From contig CAWJWJ010000001.1 of NCBI GenBank assembly GCA_963846575.1, positions 512,001 through 576,000 of the forward strand: 64,000 bases of DNA. Direction: 5' to 3'. Positions within the stretch are counted from its first letter, which is position 1. Each line of letters opens with the position of its first letter. The stretch comes from an uncultured Nitrospiraceae bacterium (GTDB lineage: Bacteria; Nitrospirota; Nitrospiria; Nitrospirales; Nitrospiraceae). The notes beneath the pieces were generated by a model that was not told the origin of the DNA, did no database searches, and was given only the letters and a program-made list of their open reading frames with translations. The position numbers were made by a program, and so were the translations under genes. Positions 1 through 9,739 of this stretch are shown piece after piece.

Positions 1-1141
1 AGCGGGAGAGAAGCTGTCTCAGGCCGGGGTGCGGCTGATCATGTTTCTCCACGGGTCAATCCCGGGCACCGACGTTTTTGGATTGGGGCGGCTCGACGAA
101 GTGGGAGGTCTCAAACGAGGCTATTCACGCGGCATTTCCGGACTGGATTCGCTGCTCTCGCTCATGCGGGAAGGCACGAACGGCATCACCCCGCTGCCCG
201 GGGGCCTGGCGCCGCCACTCACCAACGACGAAGCCACGAGAAACCTGCTCGACACACAAATCGGCGACGCCGGCAATTTCACGACTGCTACGGTCGACCG
301 GTGCCGGAAAGCCTTCAATCAGCGCCTGACGAAGCCCCTGATCTGCATCCGTGAACTCTGGTCCGGCGAGCACCATCATGTAGGGCGTGCTCTTGCGGCC
401 TGTCGCCTACTGGACCGTCTCCGCGCGCTTGTTCTGGAGCAACATCTCGGCGCCGGCGACCGCCTGCTAGTGCAGGCTCATGGCCAGGCGGGGCTCGTGT
501 TGGCCCTGGCTTCCAATCTCCTGTGCCCCTCTCCCGTTACGGGCCGGAAAACGCTCTTCGAACTCCTGCTGGGCCTCTCCGCGCAGGGACCGGACGCGGA
601 GGCCATTCACCGCATTGAGCCGCTGTTGACTAACGGCACGTTGCTCAATGGCGCGACACTCGATATCGTCACTTTCGGCACGCCGGTGCGGTACGGCTGG
701 GACCCATCCGGCATCGGCAGACTGTTGCACATCGTGAACCATCGCAATTTGCGGACCGATGGAAAAACCTGGCTCTCAAAAATGGATATGCCGCAAATTA
801 CCGTTGAGATGCCGATCGCGTGGGGCGGTGACTACGTCCAGCAACTCGCCGCCGCGGGCAGCGATGCCCTTCCGAAGAGCGACGCTGCCAAGTCTGCCAA
901 CAAAGCCATTTGGGAATTAGTGGAACCCTACGACGGCTTCGAACGCTGGGTGGAATGCGCCCGACGCGCCGGACGTTTCCCAAGCGAAGGGCAATGCCTG
1001 CTCGTCGATTACAAAGACTGCACCAGCTCCACCAACGTCCGCGACCACTACTACGGCCATGCTGCCTACACGCGAACGAACGCGATCCTCTTCAACTTCA
1101 ATCAAATCGTCGCCCGGCTTTATTCATCATCTCCTGATTGA
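1..1141 (+). CDS. Hypothetical alpha/beta-hydrolase-like protein, 5'-truncated by the window edge
   Basis: Frame is open from base 2 (AGEKLSQAGVRLIMFLHG). Lipase-like motifs FLHG, VQAHGQAG, IVTFGTP and a C-terminal GH. Confidence 0.7.
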   Translation, partial: AGEKLSQAGVRLIMFLHGSIPGTDVFGLGRLDEVGGLKRGYSRGISGLDSLLSLMREGTNGITPLPGGLAPPLTNDEATRNLLDTQIGDAGNFTTATVDRCRKAFNQRLTKPLICIRELWSGEHHHVGRALAACRLLDRLRALVLEQHLGAGDRLLVQAHGQAGLVLALASNLLCPSPVTGRKTLFELLLGLSAQGPDAEAIHRIEPLLTNGTLLNGATLDIVTFGTPVRYGWDPSGIGRLLHIVNHRNLRTDGKTWLSKMDMPQITVEMPIAWGGDYVQQLAAAGSDALPKSDAAKSANKAIWELVEPYDGFERWVECARRAGRFPSEGQCLLVDYKDCTSSTNVRDHYYGHAAYTRTNAILFNFNQIVARLYSSSPD

Positions 1142-1525
1142 CGAGTTCAACATCCCGCCACTGCCATCCGATCGGCGATGGGCTTGGCTAGCTCTAACAT
1201 TGAGTCTCTCTCTGCCTGCTCGCGGATGCGCAAAACAGACCATGCCGGCCGGCGACGCAACCGATTCATCGTCGATCGACGATATGCTCGCTCTGACCGC
1301 AGCGAATGTTCGTGGACGTCCAAATTTGTAGGCGAGCATGGTCCATCGTCACCTCCAGTCGAATGCGGCGCGAAGCCTTACAATCTGCCGGTGTCAGTGC
1401 TGAGATGAGCGGCGTCGTGAATTCGATTTACGTGGGCTGACGGAGGTCGATTAACCTGCCCGACTAAGGCCGAGCTTGGCTTGGACGCGCGCCTCTTGCG
1501 TTTCGAGATAGCGATTCGCCCGTCA

Positions 1526-2139
1526 TTAGGACGCCTGACATTGCGTCCCGTATGGCGTCCGATCCGTGTGCGCGCTCTTTCCAGGAAAGGTCTTGCGCAG
1601 GACTTGAGCGCGATCACGCAATGAGCTCACCGACTCGCCCCTCCCGATCCTCTCTAGGCTGGTTGCGTATTCATCGAGCAGATCGGCATAACCGAGCGGA
1701 TCACGCGTCTCCAGCTGACGCTTCTCGAGATCAGCTATCACTCGCTCGAAATATTCAACCGCCTTGTCATACCGCCCTCTATCAAATTCATGCGAGCCAA
1801 CTCCACGAGCGACATGTAGGCAGGACCACTAATTTGTTGATCCAGATTGTAGGCTTCGTTCAGTCCCCGCTCGGCCTCCGGCCAATCGCAGATGACCCCA
1901 GACGCTCGCCCATACTCGTAATAGAGCACTGCCCGCGTTCTGTCGTCGCCATGCCCCATCCGCACGTTGGCAATAGCGAGACCGAAATTCTTTCTGGCCT
2001 CTGCCCAAGCTCCGTTTCGGACGGCTGCCTGGCCGGCAACAGCGTATCGTTGAGCATTGTGCATATTGATCGAGTTCGCACAACCCGCCATCACTAGTAA
2101 CAACAAAGCCCCGCTCGCGGCGATCCACGGCCGCGCCAT
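1526..2139 (-). pseudogene. TPR-like lipoprotein split by a 1-nt frameshift near 1783-1786
   Basis: SD GGAGGG then ATG at 2139; lipobox MAGC. Frame 1 reads ELARMNL and the other frame continues DRGRYDKAVEYFERVIADLEK to the stop at 1526. Confidence 0.75.
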
Positions 2140-2188
2140 TTTTACCCTCCTTCGTCCGGTTGAGCCTCGGGGCAAGTCGCCCGTTCTG

Positions 2189-2575
2189 CTAATACGGCAT
2201 CTCGTCGTCACTCAGCCCGAAGTGGTGCCCGATCTCATGCACGACCGTGTCACGCACTTCCTGCACCACTTCATTCCTGGTTCGACAGATTCTCAGAATC
2301 GGCCCACGGTAGATGGAGATTTTGGCCGGTAGTTGCCCGCCGGCCTGAAAGAAGGATTCATGGTCGATGGAGAGCCCCTGATAGAGGCCGAGGAGATCTT
2401 CGTCTTCCTCCATTTCCAGATCGGCTAGAAGTTCCGGCGCTGGCTCTTCTTCCACCACGACGGCGACGTTGGCAATGAGTGGGACGTATTCGTCTGGCAG
2501 GCCATCCAGCGCTTCCTGCACCAGAGACTGAAACTCGGATTCGGATATGGTCAAGGTGCGTTTTCGCAGCGACAT
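2189..2575 (-). CDS. Minimal zincin-like metallopeptidase family protein
   Basis: LLGLYQG, ISIYRGPI and TVVHEIGHHFGL (HExxH) motifs. Confidence 0.9.
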   Translation of the reverse strand: MSLRKRTLTISESEFQSLVQEALDGLPDEYVPLIANVAVVVEEEPAPELLADLEMEEDEDLLGLYQGLSIDHESFFQAGGQLPAKISIYRGPILRICRTRNEVVQEVRDTVVHEIGHHFGLSDDEMPY

Positions 2576-2735
2576 AGCTGAAAGAATCCTGCTCAAGCCC
2601 TGCGCGACTCCCACGGTCTTTCTTCAGGGAAGAGTATGGCCTGAATCAGATGCAGACGTTCAAACCGGCTGTCGGGCAAAGCCGCAGTGAGTCATGCGAT
2701 TCAAAGGCAGCCGGACAGCCGGTTTGCACAGCCCG

Positions 2736-5378
2736 CTACGGATGGGCCACACGCCAGTTCAACCCCACTCCCAAGTCCACCTTGAGCGGTACCGACAGTC
2801 CCAAGGCCGCTCCCGTGGCTTCCATCTCCTGCTTCACGAGCTGCTTCGCCGGTTCCAGTTCCTGGTCCGGCACTTCAAAGATCAGTTCGTCATGGACTTG
2901 GAGAATCATCTTGCAGTGAGGCAGTTCCGACTGCAAACGACGATGCACATTGATCATGGCCACCTTGATGAGATCTGCCGCCGACCCTTGAATCGGGCTG
3001 TTGACCGCCATTCGTTCACCAGCGCCCCGCTGCGACGGATCTCCGCTCTGCAATTCAGGAATAGGCCGGCGACGGCCCAGGATCGTCGTCGTATAACCCT
3101 TGGTCTTCCCGTCGTCGATATTCCGGTCCATCAATGCCCGGACGGCTGCAAACTTCTCGAAGAACGTCTCGATATATTTTTTCGCATCGGCTTGCGAGAC
3201 GCCGATGTTGGAGGCCAGGCCGAACGGACTGATCCCATAAACGATTCCGAAGACCACGCTCTTCGCTGCGCGCCGCATCTCGCGCGTGACCTGATCGGCC
3301 GGAAGATTGAAGATCTCCATGGCCGTGGCCATGTGGATGTCCTCACCTTGCTCAAATACCTGCAGCAAGCGGGGGTCCTGCGAAAGGTGAGCCAGGATGC
3401 GCGGCTCAACCTGACTGTAGTCGGCGCAGAGCAGCTGATGCCCCAGCGGCGCGATGAACGCCTCGCGGATGCGCAGGCCGTAGTCGCCTTTGACCGGAAT
3501 ATTCTGAAGATTGGGTTCGGTGGAGGAGAGACGTCCCGTTGCTGCAACAGTCTGATTCAAGGAGGTATGGAGTCGCTTGCTGTCAGAGTTCACCAGTTGC
3601 GGGAGCGCATCGACATAGGTCGACTTCAGCTTGGTCAAGGTGCGGTAATTCAAAATGAGCGCCGGAAGCTCATGCTGGGCTGCGAGTTGCGTCAGCGTGT
3701 CTTCGTCCGTTGAATAACCGGTTTTCGTTTTGCGAAGCGGCTTGAGGCCCAGATTTTCGAAGAGCACGGTCGCGAGCTGCTTCGGTGACCCGATATTAAA
3801 TTCCCCGCCGGCCAGGCGGTGAATCGTTCCCACCATTTGATCCAGCTCACGTTCTAACTCCTTGCTCAGATCCTGGAGGCCCTCGACGTCGAGTAGGAAC
3901 CCGTTGCGTTCGATATCGGCCAGCACCGGCACCAACGGCATCTCCACGTCTTGAAACAAGATAAGACTTCCCTGCCCCGCAAGCCGCTCCCGTAACATCG
4001 GCGCCACCTTCGCCACGACCGACGCTGCTTCTGCTGCCTGACGTACCAGCCCCTCCTCCGCCTCGAACAGCGATGTAGGTTCGCCAGTCTCTGCACCGGC
4101 TCCTCCGCCGAGCTGGTAACTCAGCAGATCCATCGCAATGGCCTCCACGCTGTGTGTGCGGCGATTGGGATTGAGTAGATAATCGGCAACCATGACGTCG
4201 AAATAGGGACCGGCCATCTCCACAGCCTGACGAGAGAGGGCCACCAGAAAGGGTTTGAGATCATGCCCCGCTTTGATTCTGTCCGTTCCCGTCAGCAGCT
4301 CGCCGATGGGACGCGGCCAGCTTCGCACCTCCCCCTGCAGGAAGGCCGCGCTGCCGTCCGGCAGGCCGAGCGCACAACCCTGCATCTCGGCGCGTACGCC
4401 AGGCCCGCCGGTCAACAGGCAGGCAAGCCCGAGCGCATCGTCCTTGTCTAACCTCATGAGAAAAGATCTGGCGGCATCGTCACTGGAGATTGCTTCAAGC
4501 CTGGTCCCCAACCGGTTTTCTTCAGGGACATCTCCCTGAAATGTTTTGGCCAACGTCATGAATTCGAGCTCACGGAGTAGAGCGACGAGCATCTCCGTAT
4601 GCGGCGCTTTGGCCTTGAATCGGACCGGCGTAAACTCGACCGGACAATCCACCTGGATCGTCGCGAGGCGCTTGCTCATCCGCGCGTGTTCGCCCTGCTC
4701 CAGCAAAAGATTCTTCGTTTTGACTGGAGTGACTTCCTCGACCCGGTTCAGCAACTCCTCGATTGTGCCGAACTGCGTGATCAGTTTCACTGCCGTTTTT
4801 TCCCCGATCCCTTTGACACCGGGAATATTGTCGCTGGTATCGCCCATAAGGCCCATGATCTCGACCACCCGTGCCGGCTCGACACCAAACCGAGCTGCCG
4901 AATCCGCTGCGCCGAACCATTTGTCCTTCACGGGATCGTAAATGCGGGTTTTCGTGGTGAGCAGTTGGAACATGTCCTTATCGCTGGTGACGATGGCCAC
5001 ATCGAGACCTTCGGCCTCGGCCTTGCGCGCAAGGGTGCCGATCAGGTCGTCGGCCTCAAACCCCGACTGCCGGATCACCGGCAACGCCAAGGCCTCCACT
5101 ACACGATGAATGTAAGGAATCTGTGCGCTCATGCCCTGCGGCATCGGGGGCCGCTGCGCCTTGTATTCCTTGAAGGCCTCATGGCGATGGGTCGGTCCTT
5201 TTTCGTCAAAAACCACAGCGATATAGTCCGGTTGGTGATCCCGCAGGACTTTGAGCATCATGGTCGTAAAGCCATACACGGCGTTGGTCTGCAGGCCCTT
5301 TGAATTGGACAGAGCCGGCAAGGCAAAAAATGCCCGATAGATGTAGGCACTACCATCGATGAGATAAAGAGTCGACAT
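2736..5378 (-). CDS. polA: DNA polymerase I
   Basis: 5'-exonuclease LIDGSAYIYRAF and EADD; polymerase motifs DYSQVEPR, RRAAKSVVFGIVYG and QVHDEL. Confidence 0.99.
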   Translation of the reverse strand: MSTLYLIDGSAYIYRAFFALPALSNSKGLQTNAVYGFTTMMLKVLRDHQPDYIAVVFDEKGPTHRHEAFKEYKAQRPPMPQGMSAQIPYIHRVVEALALPVIRQSGFEADDLIGTLARKAEAEGLDVAIVTSDKDMFQLLTTKTRIYDPVKDKWFGAADSAARFGVEPARVVEIMGLMGDTSDNIPGVKGIGEKTAVKLITQFGTIEELLNRVEEVTPVKTKNLLLEQGEHARMSKRLATIQVDCPVEFTPVRFKAKAPHTEMLVALLRELEFMTLAKTFQGDVPEENRLGTRLEAISSDDAARSFLMRLDKDDALGLACLLTGGPGVRAEMQGCALGLPDGSAAFLQGEVRSWPRPIGELLTGTDRIKAGHDLKPFLVALSRQAVEMAGPYFDVMVADYLLNPNRRTHSVEAIAMDLLSYQLGGGAGAETGEPTSLFEAEEGLVRQAAEAASVVAKVAPMLRERLAGQGSLILFQDVEMPLVPVLADIERNGFLLDVEGLQDLSKELERELDQMVGTIHRLAGGEFNIGSPKQLATVLFENLGLKPLRKTKTGYSTDEDTLTQLAAQHELPALILNYRTLTKLKSTYVDALPQLVNSDSKRLHTSLNQTVAATGRLSSTEPNLQNIPVKGDYGLRIREAFIAPLGHQLLCADYSQVEPRILAHLSQDPRLLQVFEQGEDIHMATAMEIFNLPADQVTREMRRAAKSVVFGIVYGISPFGLASNIGVSQADAKKYIETFFEKFAAVRALMDRNIDDGKTKGYTTTILGRRRPIPELQSGDPSQRGAGERMAVNSPIQGSAADLIKVAMINVHRRLQSELPHCKMILQVHDELIFEVPDQELEPAKQLVKQEMEATGAALGLSVPLKVDLGVGLNWRVAHP

Positions 5379-5445
5379 TGGGTACACTCACACCAATGAA
5401 AAATGAGAAGCGATCGCTCCGCCTCGAACTGAACTGAGAAGCCGA

Positions 5446-5880
5446 TTACTTTTCCGGCGCGATACTGAGCGGAGGTTTGTCGAACTTGGCACGCATGGAG
5501 TTGATCGTGCTGAGCACCGTCGACTGTCCCACGATTTTGGCTTCGATCCGACGTTTGCCGGGAAACTCAACCAGGGAAAGTCCAATCAACATCGTCAATA
5601 CTCCTTGCCCCGGCAGGAATAACATCAGAAGGCCCGCAAAGAGAAAAATCGCTCCCACCAGGTTTTTGACGATGTGCCCGATGACACGAAGCGCCGGATG
5701 GTGGTTTTCCATCCAGGGACGAGGAATCCGGATATCGAAATAGTCCGCCGGCAGCCGCATCAGAATGATCGGAATGGCCACCAGCGTCCCCACAAACATG
5801 AATACGGAGGACACTGCAAACCACAGGAGAACGTTTGCCGGCACGTAAGTTTCGATCTGCGTCAACAATTCACTGATCAC
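5446..5880 (-). CDS. PGPGW-like small membrane protein
   Basis: Hydrophobic helices; LPADYF and LFLPGQG motifs. Confidence 0.8.
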   Translation of the reverse strand: MISELLTQIETYVPANVLLWFAVSSVFMFVGTLVAIPIILMRLPADYFDIRIPRPWMENHHPALRVIGHIVKNLVGAIFLFAGLLMLFLPGQGVLTMLIGLSLVEFPGKRRIEAKIVGQSTVLSTINSMRAKFDKPPLSIAPEK

Positions 5881-5970
5881 CGGCGCATCCTAGCATGGGG
5901 CTTTGCGCGGCGGAAAGGGCTCTACAAAGCCGGTTTACGTTCCGAGGTCCCCAGGCTATAATTCGATTCT

Positions 5971-6375
5971 ATGCTGGGAACTGACACGAGCAGCGCCATC
6001 GTGAAGCGAGGGCGACTATCAGCCCGAGTCCTGGGCACTCTCTCACTTATATTGTCGCTGAGTTCCCTGGCACTTGCCGACCACCCGGTGCGAGCATCCG
6101 ACACCGGCTCCCCTGGCATGGAGTCAGACCTGCAGATCGACGTCACCAAGATCGGACTGGGCAAAGAGGTGGTGATCACCCAGGGCCGGAAGGAATGGTT
6201 CATGCGGGTGGAGGTCACCCCGGAAAATTCCGTGGTCGTGCGGCAGGAAAAAGACGGGGACCGCTATCTACTTGACGAGAGCGAGGTGCATGACCGTGCC
6301 ATGACCCCGGGTGAAGTGGAGACAGCCATCACCGATTTTGTGAACAGCGTCAGAACTCGACAGAAGGTCAAATAA
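5971..6375 (+). CDS. Hypothetical exported protein
   Basis: 134-aa ORF with an N-terminal signal (LSLSSLALA); lies 5 nt upstream of the DsrE gene. Confidence 0.75.
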   Translation: MLGTDTSSAIVKRGRLSARVLGTLSLILSLSSLALADHPVRASDTGSPGMESDLQIDVTKIGLGKEVVITQGRKEWFMRVEVTPENSVVVRQEKDGDRYLLDESEVHDRAMTPGEVETAITDFVNSVRTRQKVK

Positions 6376-6380
6376 CCCGC

Positions 6381-6800
6381 ATGTCAGACACACCGAAATT
6401 CGTCATCTACGCGCACAACGCCACCTACGATAAACTCCACCAGGTTGCCACCTTGGGACTGACTGCTGCCGCAATGGGCAAGGACGTGATGGTGGTGCTG
6501 TTGTTCTGGACCATCAAAAAACTGGCTGAGGGCAACATCGACGTCATCGATTTTCCGCCGGAATATGCCGGCTCGGCGGAGCAAGTGTCTCGCCTTTTGA
6601 AGGAGAAGAAGGTTCCGACGATTTCCGAGATGTTTCGCGAAGCCCGTCTCGTCGGCCAGTTTCGGCTTATTGCCTGCAGTGCCGGCCTGGAGTACATGGG
6701 GGTGGAGCCCGGAGCGGTCGAACGAAACGTGGACGAAGTCCTCGGTCTTCCCTCCATCCTCTCACTGACCGCGCAGGCCGAAACCACATTGTTTATTTAA
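6381..6800 (+). CDS. DsrE/DsrF/DrsH-like sulfur relay protein
   Basis: AAAMGKDV..FW motif, IACSAGL cysteine, C-terminal TLFI. Confidence 0.88.
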   Translation: MSDTPKFVIYAHNATYDKLHQVATLGLTAAAMGKDVMVVLLFWTIKKLAEGNIDVIDFPPEYAGSAEQVSRLLKEKKVPTISEMFREARLVGQFRLIACSAGLEYMGVEPGAVERNVDEVLGLPSILSLTAQAETTLFI

Positions 6801-7092
6801 CGACTCTCCGCCCTCCATCAGGCCCCATGAAAATAATCTGCAGACCAAGCGGCGCCCACTAATACAGACCTGCCCCCGGACGCAGGGTCGCGGTGACACC
6901 CTTCACGAGGTTACCAAACGTCTTACCCTACCGCTTCATGGATAGCTGACATATCCCGGCCTTGGCCGCCGTTATCGGTGATCTGCTCGAACCGCTTGGT
7001 CAGTTCCGCGCACATGAGAGTGAAGAAGTGAGAATCCGCGCCGGGATGTTCACAGCGGCGGTGCGATCCTTGAACGCGAGGGCGGACCGGTC

Positions 7093-7752
7093 CTATCGCG
7101 AATGTGTCACTCCGACCCGATCACAGAACGCTGTGAGTTTGCACTGACTGCACAACGGTGAGACCGGCTGACACACGTTTTGCCCATAGGGCACGAGGAG
7201 ATCATTGAAAATAACCCAATATTCGTGCGGAAGCTTTTTGCGAAGTGCCTGTTCGGTTTCATCGGGATTGTTCGTCTTTACGTATCCCCACCGGTTACTG
7301 ATCCGGTGCACGTGAATGTCGACGCAAATCCCCGGTTTCTCATATCCAACCGTCACCACCAAGTTCGCAGTTTTTCTTCCTACCCCAGGCAAGGTCAGCA
7401 GCTCGTCGATCCTGTCCGGCACCAGGCCGTTGTACCGGTCGAGGAGTTGCGTGCAAATCTGTTGGATCTGCTTCGCCTTGGTCCGGTAGAACCCGACGGG
7501 GTAGATAGCCTGTTCAATGGCGTCCGACGTCACCTTCTGCATCGTGACGACGGTCGAAGCCAAAGCAAAGAGCCGCCGGCTGGCTTCGGCAGTCGTCTTG
7601 TCCTTGGTCCGCAGACTGAGTAGACAGGAGATCAATACGAGGAAGGGATCACGTCCGGACTGTCTGGCCACGACTCCGACAACCGGCTCAGGCCAGCGAG
7701 CGATCTCTCGCTTGACCGTCCGGATGACGGCGTGAATGTCTTTCGCCTGCAT
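7093..7752 (-). CDS. nth: Endonuclease III
   Basis: HhH motif LPGVGRKTA, VDIHVHR, and 4Fe-4S motif C-x6-C-x2-C-x5-C. Confidence 0.96.
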   Translation of the reverse strand: MQAKDIHAVIRTVKREIARWPEPVVGVVARQSGRDPFLVLISCLLSLRTKDKTTAEASRRLFALASTVVTMQKVTSDAIEQAIYPVGFYRTKAKQIQQICTQLLDRYNGLVPDRIDELLTLPGVGRKTANLVVTVGYEKPGICVDIHVHRISNRWGYVKTNNPDETEQALRKKLPHEYWVIFNDLLVPYGQNVCQPVSPLCSQCKLTAFCDRVGVTHSR

Positions 7753-7812
7753 GGGTCTGCCGGGAGTGGCACTGAACGGAGATGATCGGCGGAGGGAATG
7801 GAAGCCTGACGA

Positions 7813-8007
7813 CTAGTCGGAACGTCTCTTCGCAAGCCACTTCTGCCGGCGACGTTGCGCCTCTCGCTCTTTCGCCTTTTTCCGGACACTCGGCTTTTCG
7901 TAATACCGGCGGCGCTTCAGTTCGCGGAACAATCCTTCGCCCGCCAACTTTTTCTTGGCGACCTTCAGGGCTTTTTCGACGTTGTTGTTGAAAACCTTAA
8001 TTTCCAT
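7813..8007 (-). CDS. rpsU: 30S ribosomal protein S21
   Basis: RRYYEKPSVRKK motif; 64-aa basic protein. Confidence 0.97.
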   Translation of the reverse strand: MEIKVFNNNVEKALKVAKKKLAGEGLFRELKRRRYYEKPSVRKKAKEREAQRRRQKWLAKRRSD

Positions 8008-8030
8008 CGTCTGCTACCTTCGACCCTCTT

Positions 8031-9593
8031 TCACCGAAGTTTCAGAATATTCAACACTTTCTGCGACCACGAATCGAAGGGCGGAGTGTAGCATAGCGAT
8101 TTCGCATCCACAAGCATTTGTTCTACTACCAGGAATCGATCACGAATAGAGGCAATAAGTTGCTGATTTGGCAGGGTTTTCATGTTCTCCTCGACCATTC
8201 CCAGACATCCATCGATCACCCCGTCAGCGAGATGGATGCCCATGTTGAGATCAGGGTGGAGTGCCGGTTTCGCCGACGCCAGGAGGCCGCGCAAAAGCGG
8301 GATGATCTCGCAGGACAGCTTCACAATTTCCAACGGCGGTTCTGTGGCAGACAATAAGCTTGAGGAAAGTTGAAGCGCGCGATGCGGATGGTTGAGCGGG
8401 AGTTTGCTCGCCTGGAGCACCTGCGCATAGGTTTCACGATCGAGCCTCACCAATTCATGGAGCCGCGTGCGAATCTCGCACAAACGTGTTTCCACCGCCC
8501 GCGCACGATTCAGCTTGGCCACCATGATGCCCAGAGAAGCCGCGAAGGCCGCGGAGTGGCCGCCCGCACTTCCTCCTGTCAGACCATGGCCATCGATCAC
8601 GGCACTCTGTAACGGATCGGCCTTCGACGGCAGGACAGATTGTTCCTTCAGCGGTTGCGACGACGACAATCGCCCGAATGCTTCTCGTGATTCGACGCTG
8701 TCCAATTGTGTTTCGAGGACCTGCCGGCCGTCGAATCGATCGAGGCGAAGCGCATGTTGGGCCGTGGCAATCAACGCTTGCGCGGGAACCAACCCGATGA
8801 CTTCGGTCTCCGCCACCTCGACACCACGCGCATGGGCCTCGCGCTCCACTGCCGAGAAAGCGGCATGCAGCGACGTCTCCTCATGGTTCGTGAGGTTCAT
8901 GGATACTTGCACCAACCCTGACGTTTTCAGTTCCACCCCGATGGCCTTCACAAATCGAAGCCCCCCGCTCGACTGTCGAACGATCCGGGCAATCTCGCTG
9001 GCGATCGACAGATCCCGGCTCTTCAGATTGACGTTAAATGCAACCAGCGGCCAGCGCGCCCCCACGGCCGTGACACCGGCTGTCTGGTGCGCCAGCTTCG
9101 GCCCGAAATCCGGAGCCCAGGCCGGGTCGGTCTCCATCCTGGCCGTCAACCCTTTCAGGCCTCCCTTTCGAATCCACTCGAGGTTTGTATGTTCGGGGCG
9201 AGAGGCCGCTGCCTCGTATAGGAACACCGGAATCTTCAACTCATTGCCGATCCGCTGGCCGACCATGCGCGCCAGTTGGACGCAGTCCTGCATACTGACG
9301 CCCCGGACGGGCACAAAGGGGATCACGTCTGTCGCGCCGACGCGCGGATGCTCGCCGTGATGACTGCGCAGGTCGATCAACCTGGTCGCCGCGCGCGCCA
9401 TCTGAAACGCCACCTCAGCCACCGCATAGGGCCGGCCGGCAAATGTCACGACAGCCCGGTGATGGTCCGGGTCCATCGTTTCATCCAACAGGGCTGCGCC
9501 GGGCACTGACCTGACGATCTCGACCAGCGCCCGAACGATGTCCGGATTACGGCCCTCGCTGAAATTCGGCACACATTCGACGACCTGGTTCAC
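8031..9593 (-). CDS. ftcD: Glutamate formimidoyltransferase fused to a divergent cyclodeaminase-like domain
   Basis: VECVPNFSEGR, DPDHHR, HPRVGATDVIPF and QVSMNL; C-terminal GGSA..AASLGIMVA. Probable GTG start at 9593. Confidence 0.92.
   Translation of the reverse strand: MNQVVECVPNFSEGRNPDIVRALVEIVRSVPGAALLDETMDPDHHRAVVTFAGRPYAVAEVAFQMARAATRLIDLRSHHGEHPRVGATDVIPFVPVRGVSMQDCVQLARMVGQRIGNELKIPVFLYEAAASRPEHTNLEWIRKGGLKGLTARMETDPAWAPDFGPKLAHQTAGVTAVGARWPLVAFNVNLKSRDLSIASEIARIVRQSSGGLRFVKAIGVELKTSGLVQVSMNLTNHEETSLHAAFSAVEREAHARGVEVAETEVIGLVPAQALIATAQHALRLDRFDGRQVLETQLDSVESREAFGRLSSSQPLKEQSVLPSKADPLQSAVIDGHGLTGGSAGGHSAAFAASLGIMVAKLNRARAVETRLCEIRTRLHELVRLDRETYAQVLQASKLPLNHPHRALQLSSSLLSATEPPLEIVKLSCEIIPLLRGLLASAKPALHPDLNMGIHLADGVIDGCLGMVEENMKTLPNQQLIASIRDRFLVVEQMLVDAKSLCYTPPFDSWSQKVLNILKLR
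8085..8113 (-). promoter_or_regulatory. Putative sigma70 promoter for rpsU, inside the ftcD 3' end
   Basis: TTGTGG-N17-TACACT with an extended TG. Confidence 0.45.
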
Positions 9594-9739
9594 TCCGGTC
9601 CCTCTACCTGTCTCACCCGCAGTTGATCCACCGTTCTCCACAAAAGAGGTTCAGGCAAGAAAAAAGCCGGAGGCTGATCATCATGCCCTCCGGCTTTACA
9701 CAGCATGACAGCCCGCCCGCGCGCGCCTGTCGCCGACTG

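Noticed and set aside
2694..3713. Long antisense ORFs (also 8467-9360, 12386-13204, 38972-40003, 47332-48226, 63194-63967)
   Set aside because: Shadow frames of real genes in GC-rich DNA, with no recognisable motifs.
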